A stretch of 64,000 nt of DNA, taken from the NCBI GenBank assembly GCA_964577995.1, contig CAZOBP010000002.1, forward strand, positions 15,972-79,971. The letters run 5' to 3'. Of this stretch, positions 48,980-58,398 are shown piece after piece. Made by a program: the position numbers and the translations under genes. Within the stretch, counting starts at the first letter, position 1. Each line of letters opens with the position of its first letter. This DNA comes from an uncultured Anaerolineales bacterium (GTDB taxonomy: Bacteria > Chloroflexota > Anaerolineae > UBA7937 > B3-Chlor). The notes beneath the pieces were generated by a model. The model was not told where the DNA came from. It made no database searches and saw only the letters and a list, made by a program, of their open reading frames with translations.

Positions 48980-49008
48980 ATTATGCCTTCTTTTGACGAG
49001 ATTGTCAA
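48980..49008 (-). promoter_or_regulatory. Sigma70-like promoter TTGACA-17nt-CATAAT (minus strand)
   Basis: The minus strand reads TTGACAatctcgtcaaaagaaggCATAAT, about 45 nt upstream of the TPR gene ATG. Confidence 0.5.
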
Positions 49009-49137
49009 TGTCAGTTCTCCGCGGTTGGTTGAATAGGGACCATCATCGGGGCACACGCGGGACGAACCGGGGTCCATGCCCACCATATCGGGCAGAAGTA
49101 TGGCGCTGATCATCAACAATCAGCGATCAGGTCGACG

Positions 49138-50163
49138 CTAGACCAAACGATGTGCGCCTTTGACGTGGATGATCAAGTCATCGATGGGCACACTTGGCTG
49201 CGGTGAAGGGCCCAGCGGGTCGTAGACCTCGTCTCCTACCAGCGCTTGCAGGGTGGCCGCGATGGAATGGGACGTGGCTCGCAGATCGTATCCACCTTCC
49301 AGGGTGAAGGCCAGACGACCATGACACAGCTCCTCAGCCATCTCCTTCAACGTGCTCGCCAGATGGGCATAGCCGGTAGTAGAGAGCTGCATCATGCCCA
49401 GGGGATCTCCCCAATGCGCGTCGTATCCTGCGGAGACCAGGATGATCTGGGGGCGATATCGCTCGGCGAGGGGATAGAGTATCTCGTCGAAGACACGTTC
49501 GTAGCCCTCGTCTCCAACACCTGCCGGTAGCGGTACGTTCACTGTATACCCTTGCCCATCTCCTTCACCGACCTCTGACCAGTGGCCGCTCCCAGGGTAG
49601 TGAGGATACTGGTGCGTTGAGAAGTACATGACCTGACTCGTGTCGTAGAAGATCTCCTGGGTGCCGTTGCCGTGGTGCAGGTCGAAGTCCACGATGAGGA
49701 CACGGGAGAGACCCCTGTGCTGCAGGGCGTACGCGGTGCTCACTGCGATATTGTTGAAGAGGCAGAATCCCATACCGCGACCGCGCAGGGCATGATGTCC
49801 AGGTGGTCGCACCAGGGCGAAACCGTCGGCTACCTCGCCGTTCATGATTGCGTCTACGAGATTCAGCAACCCCCCTGCGGCGAGCAGTGCGACGTCAAAG
49901 GAACGGTCGTTCACATAGGTGTCGGGATCGAGATTGCCACCGCTTCTTTCTGACACCTCCCTAACGAGCTTGACGTAGTGCTCGTGATGGATCTCCAGCA
50001 GGTGGTCCATGAGCACCTGTGTGGGCCGGACCTCGACCAACCGGTCCAGCAGCCGCTGCTCGCGCAGCACCTGCATCGCCGTCTCCAGACGTTCCCTACA
50101 CTCAACGTGTCCTACTCGGTTGTGCTCCAGATAGAGCGGATCGTAGACGTAGCCGGTGGACAT
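49138..50163 (-). CDS. Zn-dependent histone-deacetylase-family deacetylase (AcuC/HDAC class)
   Basis: RPPGHHA, DFDLHHGNGTQ and EGGYD motifs. Confidence 0.9.
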   Translation of the reverse strand: MSTGYVYDPLYLEHNRVGHVECRERLETAMQVLREQRLLDRLVEVRPTQVLMDHLLEIHHEHYVKLVREVSERSGGNLDPDTYVNDRSFDVALLAAGGLLNLVDAIMNGEVADGFALVRPPGHHALRGRGMGFCLFNNIAVSTAYALQHRGLSRVLIVDFDLHHGNGTQEIFYDTSQVMYFSTHQYPHYPGSGHWSEVGEGDGQGYTVNVPLPAGVGDEGYERVFDEILYPLAERYRPQIILVSAGYDAHWGDPLGMMQLSTTGYAHLASTLKEMAEELCHGRLAFTLEGGYDLRATSHSIAATLQALVGDEVYDPLGPSPQPSVPIDDLIIHVKGAHRLV

Positions 50164-50230
50164 GCCTTACCTTCTTCCGTCTGGTGCGGCGATCGCCCCA
50201 GCTTCATGGCTGCACGGGGCTGCTGCGTAC

Positions 50231-51337
50231 CTACTCGTAGAACACCTCGTCAACGAGGGCGTGGATCTTGTCCCAGTCAGGGTACAGGAGACTGGGCTCG
50301 TCCCCGGCCTGCCGCTGGCTAGGGTCGAGATAGGAACGGTCGATGACCACGGACCGCACGTTGTCCGGACCCACCCGGCTGGCCATTTCGGCCAGGCGGA
50401 TGAGTGTTGTCGGCGAGAGGTCCGTGTAGAAGGTGTTGCTCATGGCTTGAAGTAGCTCGGGTAGGCGCGGCAGCATCTGCAGGCTCAAGGCCTTCTTGGT
50501 CAGAGCCACCAGTGCCTTCTGCTGTCTGGCCATGCGGTGGAAATCGTCGCTGCCGTGCCTGGAGCGGCAGTAGATGAGCAGCGTCTCGCTGTCCATGTGT
50601 TGTTGCCCTGCTGGTATGTGGATGGTGATCTCGCTGCCTCGATCATCGGGATAGCTGCTATCCCAGATCTCCTTGTCGACGTAGATGTCCACTCCCCCGA
50701 GCAGATCGACTACCTCTCTGAAGCCTTGGAAGTTGATCATCACGTACCCGTGGAGAGGTATGCCGAAGTTCTGTTGTATCGTATCCATCAGCAGAGCTGG
50801 TCCGCCCCCGGGATAGTCCTGAGTCTCACCCAGCACGTGTGCTATGTTGATGCGCTGTTTTCCGTGACCAGGGACCTCCACGTACAGGTCCCGTGGAATG
50901 GAGAACAGCATCGCCTCGTTGGTCTCGGGATGCAGGGAGGCAATCATCATGGTGTCAGTTCGGAACGCTCTGTGCTCCACCTCCCACCTTTGGTCCAAGC
51001 CTACCAGGAGGATGTTGATCCGAGGGTTGCTGCCCGTTGCGAGCTCGGTGGCTTGCTGGTCCGGGACGCTCTCGAACCGTGGACCTACAGCGGGGAGCAG
51101 TCCGCTGGCCTCCAGCGGATGGACGAGGCTGCGGTACAGGTCGTAGAAATACGGTATTTCGATCACTTCGTAGAACAGATATCCTGATGCAACGCCAGCC
51201 AGCGTACAGATGGTCATGGTGGCAGATGCGAGGATAGCCAGAACTAGGGGGCGGAGTCCGCCTATACTCGTCTTGGTGGTCTTGTTCGGCATGTTGTTCG
51301 TAGAAACCATGTAGTTTTTGTTACGCACTCCCTCCAT
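50231..51337 (-). CDS. LytR-CpsA-Psr (LCP) family protein
   Basis: N-terminal TM anchor, then NILLVGLDQR, RTDTMMIASL and FSIPRDLYV. The start is ambiguous (ATG at 51337, 51310 or 51292; the ORF is open to 51505). Confidence 0.8.
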   Translation of the reverse strand: MEGVRNKNYMVSTNNMPNKTTKTSIGGLRPLVLAILASATMTICTLAGVASGYLFYEVIEIPYFYDLYRSLVHPLEASGLLPAVGPRFESVPDQQATELATGSNPRINILLVGLDQRWEVEHRAFRTDTMMIASLHPETNEAMLFSIPRDLYVEVPGHGKQRINIAHVLGETQDYPGGGPALLMDTIQQNFGIPLHGYVMINFQGFREVVDLLGGVDIYVDKEIWDSSYPDDRGSEITIHIPAGQQHMDSETLLIYCRSRHGSDDFHRMARQQKALVALTKKALSLQMLPRLPELLQAMSNTFYTDLSPTTLIRLAEMASRVGPDNVRSVVIDRSYLDPSQRQAGDEPSLLYPDWDKIHALVDEVFYE

Positions 51338-51512
51338 TATACCATTTTCGGATAGCGTGTCAAAACACTCGGGCGGGTTGGCGTTGCGTCCATCTTCGCT
51401 CGGAAGATCAACCTCGCTCTGGCTAGGCCTTGATCGAGGTCTCCCCAGCAGACACGTCACTCGTACACGGCCGCCGGTTCGCGATCTTCGCCAGTTGAGG
51501 ATCAAACAACAG

Positions 51513-51545
51513 GCCCCGTGTCAATGTTGGTGGTCGACACGGGGC
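51513..51545 (-). terminator. Hairpin downstream of hppA
   Basis: GCCCCGTGTC...GACACGGGGC forms a 10-bp stem. It is followed on the minus strand by CUGUUGUUUGAU. Confidence 0.45.
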
Positions 51546-51643
51546 TCGTCGTATCATCAATGGAGACGGCTGCCACGCCTTTCACCCCATAAGTGGAAAG
51601 GCTCCACGGTGAGGGCAGGCCCGTCTATGATTCAGCCATTCAT

Positions 51644-53914
51644 CTATGCAGGCTCTTGCGTCGATTCCTGACCAATCTCCCTCTTGCTCTGCCAGATGCC
51701 CCAGATGAGGAGGACGGCCAGGACCACTACCGCTAACCAGGCCGCCGGCTTGCCCCTGGATTCGACGATGAGCGGGGCCGCCAGAAGACTGACTAGGTTC
51801 ACAACCTTGATCAGAGGGTTGAGCGCCGGACCAGCCGTGTCCTTCAGCGGGTCGCCCACGGTGTCGCCCTCTACGGCAGCCTTGTGGGCTGGGGATCCCT
51901 TGCCACCGAAGTGGCCGTCTTCGATGTACTTCTTGGCGTTGTCCAGAGCGCCCCCGGAGATGGCCATGAAGACGGCCATCAATTGACCGACGAGGATGAC
52001 ACCCGCCAGGAAGGCGCCCAGCGCCTCCAGTGAGAACAACAGGCCGACGAGCAGCGGCAAGGTTACCGCGATGACCACCAGGCTGACCAGCTCCTTCTGG
52101 GCAGCGGCGGTGGTTATGGCCACGACCTTGCCGTAGTCCGGAGTAGTTGTACCTTCCATCACGCCAGGGATCTTGAACTGGCGGCGCACCTCGTTGACCA
52201 CCAAATACGCGCCACGAGACACCGCGCGAAGGCAGAAGGCTGAGAAGAGAAAGACTAGTGCCCCTCCCAGCAGGAAGCCAATGGTGCCGTCAAGGGTGGA
52301 AACGCGGATGCCGCGCTCCAAGAGTTCGGCCACCGGCACGCCTGGGTGGGCCAGAGACAGCGAATCGGCCACAAAGGAGAAGAACAGCGCTGTGGCCGCG
52401 ACCACAGCCGATGCAATGGCCACCTGTTTGGTGATGGCCTTGGTGGTGTTGCCCACTGCGTCCAGTTCGGTCAGCATCGACTGTGCCTTCTTGTCCGCGC
52501 CGGCCATCTCGCCGATGCCACTGGCGTTGTCGGCGATAGGGCCGTAGGAGTCCATGGCCACGTTATTGCCGGTGTGGGAAAGCATGCCGATGCCTACCAT
52601 GGCCACGCCGTAGAGGACGTGGATCAGGGACTCGCTCCTAAACACGACCAGGCTGGCGCCCATGGCTACCACGATGGCAAGCAGACTCCAGACACTGCTC
52701 TCCATTCCCAGCGCCAGGCCCGACAGGACGGTGGTGGCCGTGCCGGTCTGCGTGGACTCTGCGATCTCCTGCACTGGCCTGCGCTTGACCGAAGTGAAGA
52801 GTGAGGTCAAAGGGTTGAAGGCCACCGCCAGGCCCACACCTACCGCATTCAACGTCGCCAGTTGCCACTCGTGAGCGTAGAGAAGCGAGAAGAGGAAGGC
52901 GAAGATCACGGTGTTGACTGACGATACTTCGTAGGAGCGGAACATGGATTCCTCGGCATCTTTGGCCCTCAAGAACTTGATGGGGAAGTTCTCCCAGAAG
53001 GGCACGGCAAGGGTCCCCAAGATGGAGGAGATGACGCCGATGGCGCGCACTATGAGCGGGTAGACGATCCAGAACGTGTCACCCGTCTGGTGGTACAGAA
53101 ACAAGCCCAGAACGAGGGCGGATACGATGGTCACCTCGTAGCTCTCGAAGATGTCCGCTGCCATTCCGGCGCAGTCGCCCACGTTGTCGCCCACCAGGTC
53201 GGCCACGACGGCAGCGTTACGTGGGTCATCCTCCGGCAGCCCGTGCTCGACCTTGCCCACCAGGTCGGCGCCGACGTCAGCGGCCTTGGTGTAGATGCCT
53301 CCTCCAATCCTCATGAAGAGCGCCACCAGGGTGCCGCCGAAGCCGAAGCCCATCAGGGCGTCCGGGGCTGCTTTGCCGAAGATGATGAAGATGAGCGTGC
53401 CTCCCAGCAGTCCCAGGCCGTCGGTCAGCATCCCAGTGAAGGTGCCTGCCCGATAGGCCACCGTGAGAGCACCGTTGTAGTTGTCCTTCGCGGCTTGAGC
53501 GGCCACTCGGATGTTGCCCTCAATAGCCACCCTCATCCCGAGTTGCCCCACCAGAATGGAAAACGTCGCGCCTGCAACGAAGGCCAGGCTCCTACCGATG
53601 CCCATCCAGAAGCGGGCGGTGTTCTGGTCGTGCTGGAACAGGGCCAGAGCCTCTTCACTGGGCTGGACCACGTACACGCTGAAGAACAGCAACACCGCCA
53701 GTATCACTAGTACTGGGAGGATGGTCTTCAACTGCTTCCGCAGATAGGCGTTGGCGCCCGCCTTGATGGCGCGCCAGACCTTCTGCATGTCCTCGCCTGC
53801 CTTCTCTCGTCGGAGTGTGTCGCGCCACAGCCAGTATGCATACGCCAGGCTGATGAACGCTACGCCGATCACCGCGTAGAGCATCGTCGCTTCGAAACTG
53901 CTTAGCTCTCCCAT
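51644..53914 (-). CDS. hppA: Membrane-bound ion-translocating pyrophosphatase
   Basis: 756 aa, about 16 TM, with GGIYTKAADVGADLVGKVE, DNVGDCAGMAADIFESYE and GDTVGDPLKDT. Confidence 0.95.
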   Translation of the reverse strand: MGELSSFEATMLYAVIGVAFISLAYAYWLWRDTLRREKAGEDMQKVWRAIKAGANAYLRKQLKTILPVLVILAVLLFFSVYVVQPSEEALALFQHDQNTARFWMGIGRSLAFVAGATFSILVGQLGMRVAIEGNIRVAAQAAKDNYNGALTVAYRAGTFTGMLTDGLGLLGGTLIFIIFGKAAPDALMGFGFGGTLVALFMRIGGGIYTKAADVGADLVGKVEHGLPEDDPRNAAVVADLVGDNVGDCAGMAADIFESYEVTIVSALVLGLFLYHQTGDTFWIVYPLIVRAIGVISSILGTLAVPFWENFPIKFLRAKDAEESMFRSYEVSSVNTVIFAFLFSLLYAHEWQLATLNAVGVGLAVAFNPLTSLFTSVKRRPVQEIAESTQTGTATTVLSGLALGMESSVWSLLAIVVAMGASLVVFRSESLIHVLYGVAMVGIGMLSHTGNNVAMDSYGPIADNASGIGEMAGADKKAQSMLTELDAVGNTTKAITKQVAIASAVVAATALFFSFVADSLSLAHPGVPVAELLERGIRVSTLDGTIGFLLGGALVFLFSAFCLRAVSRGAYLVVNEVRRQFKIPGVMEGTTTPDYGKVVAITTAAAQKELVSLVVIAVTLPLLVGLLFSLEALGAFLAGVILVGQLMAVFMAISGGALDNAKKYIEDGHFGGKGSPAHKAAVEGDTVGDPLKDTAGPALNPLIKVVNLVSLLAAPLIVESRGKPAAWLAVVVLAVLLIWGIWQSKREIGQESTQEPA

Positions 53915-54604
53915 ATACGTCTGCCTCCTATCCGTACTCTGTAATACGTGCTTCGCCGCCGCGTGGGCAGAACGACCGTGTGCTCAGGGCACCAAGCGCT
54001 CTTGCCATCTCTATCCGGTCGCCGACTTCGGCGCCGGACACGCACAGCCAGACATTCTATCAAGGGACTGGACTCAAGTCAAATGCACCCACCATGGTGT
54101 TGAAGAACGCACTGGGGATAGCTCCCGTGCAGAACTGACGTCCTGCACCAGTTGTAAGGAACCGGCTTCGGCCGGTTTCAATAAGGTGCTTCCGGAGTGT
54201 TTCACTCCGCCCGTTGCATCGGCGGTCCACCCCGATGCGTCGTGAGGACCCTTTTTGCACGCAGTCCCTACCAGGGTATGGGAAAGGGGGTGAGAACCGC
54301 CGTGGGCCACATCCTGGGGAGGGACCGCAGGCCCTCTCAAACAAGTGAGGCAACGTCGGTGGGGACGTGAGCCACTTGACAGGCATGTCTGCGAGACTCC
54401 TGCTACGCTCTCCCTGTGCCCCATAGAGAAGCACTCTGTACTGCTCGAGCGCGGCTAGTGAAGCACGGACCTTCTTGATTGGTGCCACCACCACATTGTA
54501 GTCTCACTGAGTCGGAATCTGGTCCTATGCAGGTCGTAATCAGGTCCAAACTGGCTCGCTGCTGGCGTGGACGATCTGGCTTCACGATCGGGAGTGCACA
54601 ACCA

Positions 54605-54634
54605 TTGCTAGGGTCAATGTGTCGATGCTATAAT
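54605..54634 (+). promoter_or_regulatory. Sigma70-like promoter TTGCTA-18nt-TATAAT
   Basis: TTGCTA at 54605-10 and TATAAT at 54629-34. An AAAGGGGG RBS precedes the GTG at 54670. Confidence 0.5.
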
Positions 54635-54669
54635 AGCAACGGTGCAGGTTACGAAAGGGGGCTCTCACC

Positions 54670-55326
54670 GTGACTCGTGAGACATTCGACGAACAGCTAA
54701 GAGCGCTCGAGCAAGATGTCCTGGAAATGGGCAAGATGGTCGACAAGGCGATTGACCTCAGTGTCGAGGCTCTCAAGAAGCGAGACATCGATCTCTCCCG
54801 GCAGGTGGTACGAGACGACTTGGCGATCAACCAGGCCCAACACGACATCGAGGAGCAGTGTCTCGTGTTGATTGCCACGCAGCAGCCCCTGGCCAGTGAT
54901 CTTAGAGTGATCTTTGCCATCGCCAACATAGCCACAGAGCTGGAGCGGATGGCGGACCACGCCAAGGGGATTGGGCAGATCGGAGTCATGATGGGCCCTC
55001 GTGAACCCCTCAAGCCGCTCGTGGACATCCCCCGCATGGCCAGGAAGGGCCGCTGGCTGCTGGAGCAGGAGCTGACGGCCTTCGTCAACCGTGACACCGA
55101 GCTGGCCAGAAGCCTGGGCGACGAGGATGACGAGGTGGACAGGCTCTACGACCAGGTCTTCCGGGAGTTGCTCATCTTCATGATGGACGACCCGCGTACC
55201 ATCACCAGGGCGACTTATCTTCTCTGGGTCGCTCACAATCTCGAGCGGATTGCCGACCGTGCGATCAACATCGGAGAACGAGTGGTGTTTCTGGTCAGCG
55301 GCGAGGTTGAAGAGCACAATGCCTAG
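54670..55326 (+). CDS. phoU: Phosphate-signalling regulator PhoU
   Basis: 218 aa with two PhoU repeats, each carrying the E..ERIADHA/DRA-type motif (LERMADHAKGI, LERIADRAINI). Confidence 0.9.
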   Translation: MTRETFDEQLRALEQDVLEMGKMVDKAIDLSVEALKKRDIDLSRQVVRDDLAINQAQHDIEEQCLVLIATQQPLASDLRVIFAIANIATELERMADHAKGIGQIGVMMGPREPLKPLVDIPRMARKGRWLLEQELTAFVNRDTELARSLGDEDDEVDRLYDQVFRELLIFMMDDPRTITRATYLLWVAHNLERIADRAINIGERVVFLVSGEVEEHNA

Positions 55327-56467
55327 GGAGAAGTCGGGGAGCGACATGGATGCCCGCGAGACCAGACAGCGCGTGGACTGGCTTGACCAGGAGCGACAGC
55401 GCGACAAGGCGCTTCTTGCTGAACTACAGAAGAGGGTGGAGCAGCAGGAGGCACAACTCACTCACGCTCAGGAGGCCACGGAGGCGTTGTCGGAAACCTT
55501 GAGCCGCGGCTCAGTCGAGGCGAGGAGTCTGTCCAGGTTCGAAAAGGCGTTGCAGCAGTTCAAGGAAGAGATCATGCTGGAGCTCCGTAAGGCTGAGGAG
55601 CATCTGGCCAAGGATAGTCAGAGCGCGGACAGCCATCTGCGGGAGGAAAGGCGTGAGCGGCAGAATGCCCTCGCTCGACTTGAGCAGCGCATAGAGGAGG
55701 CGTTCCGACTGGAGGTCACACTGCGTACCCAGCGGGTGGACATAGACCGTCTGACCAAGACTGCGGCGGCCCTAGGTACACAGATGGAGGGGATGTTCAA
55801 AGAGAGGCGGGAACAGCAGGAGACGTTGCTGGCACTTGAGGACCGAATCAGAAGAAGTGAAGAGAGGACGACCGATCTCCTCCAGGCACGCGAAGCGGCG
55901 AGCTCGAGGTCCGACGACATCGTCGAAAGTCTTAGGCTTGCGCAGACTCAGATAGAGCGACTATCCCAGCAGACTTCGGATCTGGAATCGTCTCGTGAAG
56001 AGGTCAGGCAGGAACACACTGCGATTGCCGAGGAACTCCGGGCGGTGGATGACAGGGTGAAGAAGCAGATCGCCGGCTGGACAAAGGAGATGGGCAAGTG
56101 GCGCGGCAGTGCAGAGGAGTTGAGGGAGCGCGTGGCACTATCGGACAAGCAACTCAGAAACGGCGAGAAGATGCTGGCGTCTTTGCATGAGATGAGCATC
56201 CAACTGGAGAAGGATCGGGAGTCCATTCAGCATGTAGAGCGGACGGCAGAGGAACGGCAACGACAGCAGCTCGAGGAGTGGCGACAGGAGAATGCACTCC
56301 TCTGGTTGAGAAACGACGAGAGGTGGGAGCAACTGGCCGGGGAGAACGCCAAGCGCGATGACCACATAAGGGGATTGTGGGGGACCCAGTTGTCATACCT
56401 GCGACGTGAGGTCGGCGAACTGGAGAAGTTGATGAAGGAACTGGGGAAGCGGCTTACACGCCGGTAG
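55319..56467 (+). CDS. Coiled-coil protein of unknown function
   Basis: About 380 aa rich in E/R/L/Q, with a heptad-like character throughout. The ATG overlaps the phoU stop region. Confidence 0.55.
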   Translation: MPREKSGSDMDARETRQRVDWLDQERQRDKALLAELQKRVEQQEAQLTHAQEATEALSETLSRGSVEARSLSRFEKALQQFKEEIMLELRKAEEHLAKDSQSADSHLREERRERQNALARLEQRIEEAFRLEVTLRTQRVDIDRLTKTAAALGTQMEGMFKERREQQETLLALEDRIRRSEERTTDLLQAREAASSRSDDIVESLRLAQTQIERLSQQTSDLESSREEVRQEHTAIAEELRAVDDRVKKQIAGWTKEMGKWRGSAEELRERVALSDKQLRNGEKMLASLHEMSIQLEKDRESIQHVERTAEERQRQQLEEWRQENALLWLRNDERWEQLAGENAKRDDHIRGLWGTQLSYLRREVGELEKLMKELGKRLTRR

Positions 56468-56472
56468 GCAAC

Positions 56473-58389
56473 ATGACGCAGTCCATTCGGACCATCGGAA
56501 CAGCAGGGCACGTTGACCACGGCAAGTCTGCCCTCGTGAAGGCACTCACCGGCATAGATCCCGACCGGCTCAAGGAAGAGAAGGAGAGGGAGATGACCAT
56601 CGACCTGGGCTTTGCCTGGCTGACGTTGCCCAGCGGCGCAGTGGCGAGCATCGTGGACGTGCCGGGACACGAGAGCTTCATCAAGAACATGCTGGCTGGT
56701 GTAGGTGGCATAGATGCTGCTCTGTTTGTCGTGGCTGCTGACGAGGGTATCATGCCCCAGACCCGGGAGCATCTCGACATACTTGACCTTCTGCTGCTGG
56801 AGCACGGCGTAGTCGCCATCACCAAAGTGGACGTCGTCGAGGACCAGGAGTGGCTGGAGTTGGTCACGGACGACGTCGCAGAACTGATCGAAGATACTAC
56901 ACTTTCAGAGGCTGAGATTGTGCCCGTCTCCGCCGTAACTGGCGCGGGAATCGATTCACTGCTGGGGAAGCTAGATGACTTATTGGAGCATGTCCCTCCC
57001 AAACGAGATATCGGGAAACCGCGCCTCCCCATCGACAGGGTGTTCGTGATGTCCGGTTTTGGCACCGTGGTCACCGGGACGCTCGTCGATGGTAGTCTCG
57101 AGGTGGGCCAGGAAGTGGAGATTCTGCCATCCGGGCTCAAAGCGCGCATACGGGGTTTGCAGACTCACCGTCAGAAGCTGGAAGCGACTGCTCCTGGTGG
57201 TCGAGTGGCCGTAAATCTCGGGGGTGTGAGCAGCGACCAATTGCGGCGAGGAGACGTGCTGACGCTGCCTGGCCGGCTGGAGCGCAGTTTCCTGGTGGAT
57301 GCACGGCTCAGTCTGTTGCCGACTGCCCCCAGAGTCCTCAAACACAATGTGCCGGTGGAGTTCTACAGCGGTTCAGCCCAGATCATGGCCCATCTCCGGC
57401 TGCTTGATGACGAGACCCTACGGCCAGGCGAGGAGGGCTGGGTCCAGTTTCGATTGTCGTCGCCAACCGCTGTGCTGCGCGGCGATCGCTTCATCATACG
57501 GCAACCTTCTCCCAGCCTGACCATTGGCGGCGGAGTGGTCGTCGATCCAGTCCCACGACGTCGTCATCGGCGCTTCCGTCCTGTGCTGGTGCAGCGGCTC
57601 GAGGCTCTGTTGCGCGGGAGTCCCGAGGAGATCCTGCTGGAGGCTGCGCAGGGCCCGCGCCCGCGACAGGTGGGCGAGGTGGTGAACGACAGCGGCTTGG
57701 TGGAGGACAACGGTAGAGAGGCTCTGGGCGGGCTTCTGCGCACAGGGCAGGTGCTACTGCTCGGTGCAGGTGACTCAGCGGCCAGTGGCCCGGCGACCGA
57801 TGACCGGTATGTGATGGCCATCACCAGCTACCAAGAACTGATGAGTCGCATGGAGGCCTGGTTGCAGGAGTACCACCAACGCTATCCACTACGCCCTGGC
57901 ATGCCACGCGAGGAACTGAAGAGCAGGTCGAACCTCCCTAGCCGTGCGTTCAGCCAGTTCCTGGAGCGCGCCGCTGATCAAGGTGGACTGGTCGAAGCAG
58001 GAGCAGTCGTCAGGTTGCCACAACATCAGGTCAGATTCAGTGCCGAACAGCAGCGAAGGGTCGACGAGTTGCTGGCGACGTTGGCCGAGAGTGCGTACTC
58101 CACCCCGTCGGTGGCCGAGACCGAGGCCGCAGTAGGGTTGGAGGCGCTCAATCTGTTGCTGGATGAAGGGCGCTTGGTGCGTGTGAGCGAGACCGTTCTC
58201 TTCCTGCGGGAAACCTATCAGGAGATGGTGGAGCGTGTGATCGCTCACATCGAGGAGCACGGGAGCATCACTGTCGCACAGGTGCGCGACATGTTCCAGG
58301 CGAGCCGTAAGTACGCCCTGGCCCTGATGGAACATCTGGACGATCAGCGCATTACCAAGAGGGTGGGCGATGAGCGAGTGCTGCGCTGA
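56473..58389 (+). CDS. selB: Selenocysteine-specific translation elongation factor SelB
   Basis: IGTAGHVDHGKSALVKALTGIDPDRLKEEKEREMTIDLGFA, DVPGHE and TKVD. A long C-terminal winged-helix extension gives 638 aa. Confidence 0.9.
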   Translation: MTQSIRTIGTAGHVDHGKSALVKALTGIDPDRLKEEKEREMTIDLGFAWLTLPSGAVASIVDVPGHESFIKNMLAGVGGIDAALFVVAADEGIMPQTREHLDILDLLLLEHGVVAITKVDVVEDQEWLELVTDDVAELIEDTTLSEAEIVPVSAVTGAGIDSLLGKLDDLLEHVPPKRDIGKPRLPIDRVFVMSGFGTVVTGTLVDGSLEVGQEVEILPSGLKARIRGLQTHRQKLEATAPGGRVAVNLGGVSSDQLRRGDVLTLPGRLERSFLVDARLSLLPTAPRVLKHNVPVEFYSGSAQIMAHLRLLDDETLRPGEEGWVQFRLSSPTAVLRGDRFIIRQPSPSLTIGGGVVVDPVPRRRHRRFRPVLVQRLEALLRGSPEEILLEAAQGPRPRQVGEVVNDSGLVEDNGREALGGLLRTGQVLLLGAGDSAASGPATDDRYVMAITSYQELMSRMEAWLQEYHQRYPLRPGMPREELKSRSNLPSRAFSQFLERAADQGGLVEAGAVVRLPQHQVRFSAEQQRRVDELLATLAESAYSTPSVAETEAAVGLEALNLLLDEGRLVRVSETVLFLRETYQEMVERVIAHIEEHGSITVAQVRDMFQASRKYALALMEHLDDQRITKRVGDERVLR

Positions 58390-58398
58390 GCGCGGACC

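Noticed and set aside
54340-54380. The motif GGTGGGGACGTGAGCC resembles the riboswitch core GGTGGGGACGCAAAGCC at 10190, suggesting a second GEMM-like element.
   Set aside because: It lacks the GCAAAC element, the GNRA-capped hairpin and the ACGCAAAGC core, so the shared 10-mer is probably chance in G-rich sequence.
54060-54494. 144-aa minus-strand ORF in the hppA-phoU spacer.
   Set aside because: It is Arg/Pro/Gly-rich with no RBS and no motif, and it is threaded through a series of perfect hairpins. I treat it as non-coding (see the structured-RNA finding).
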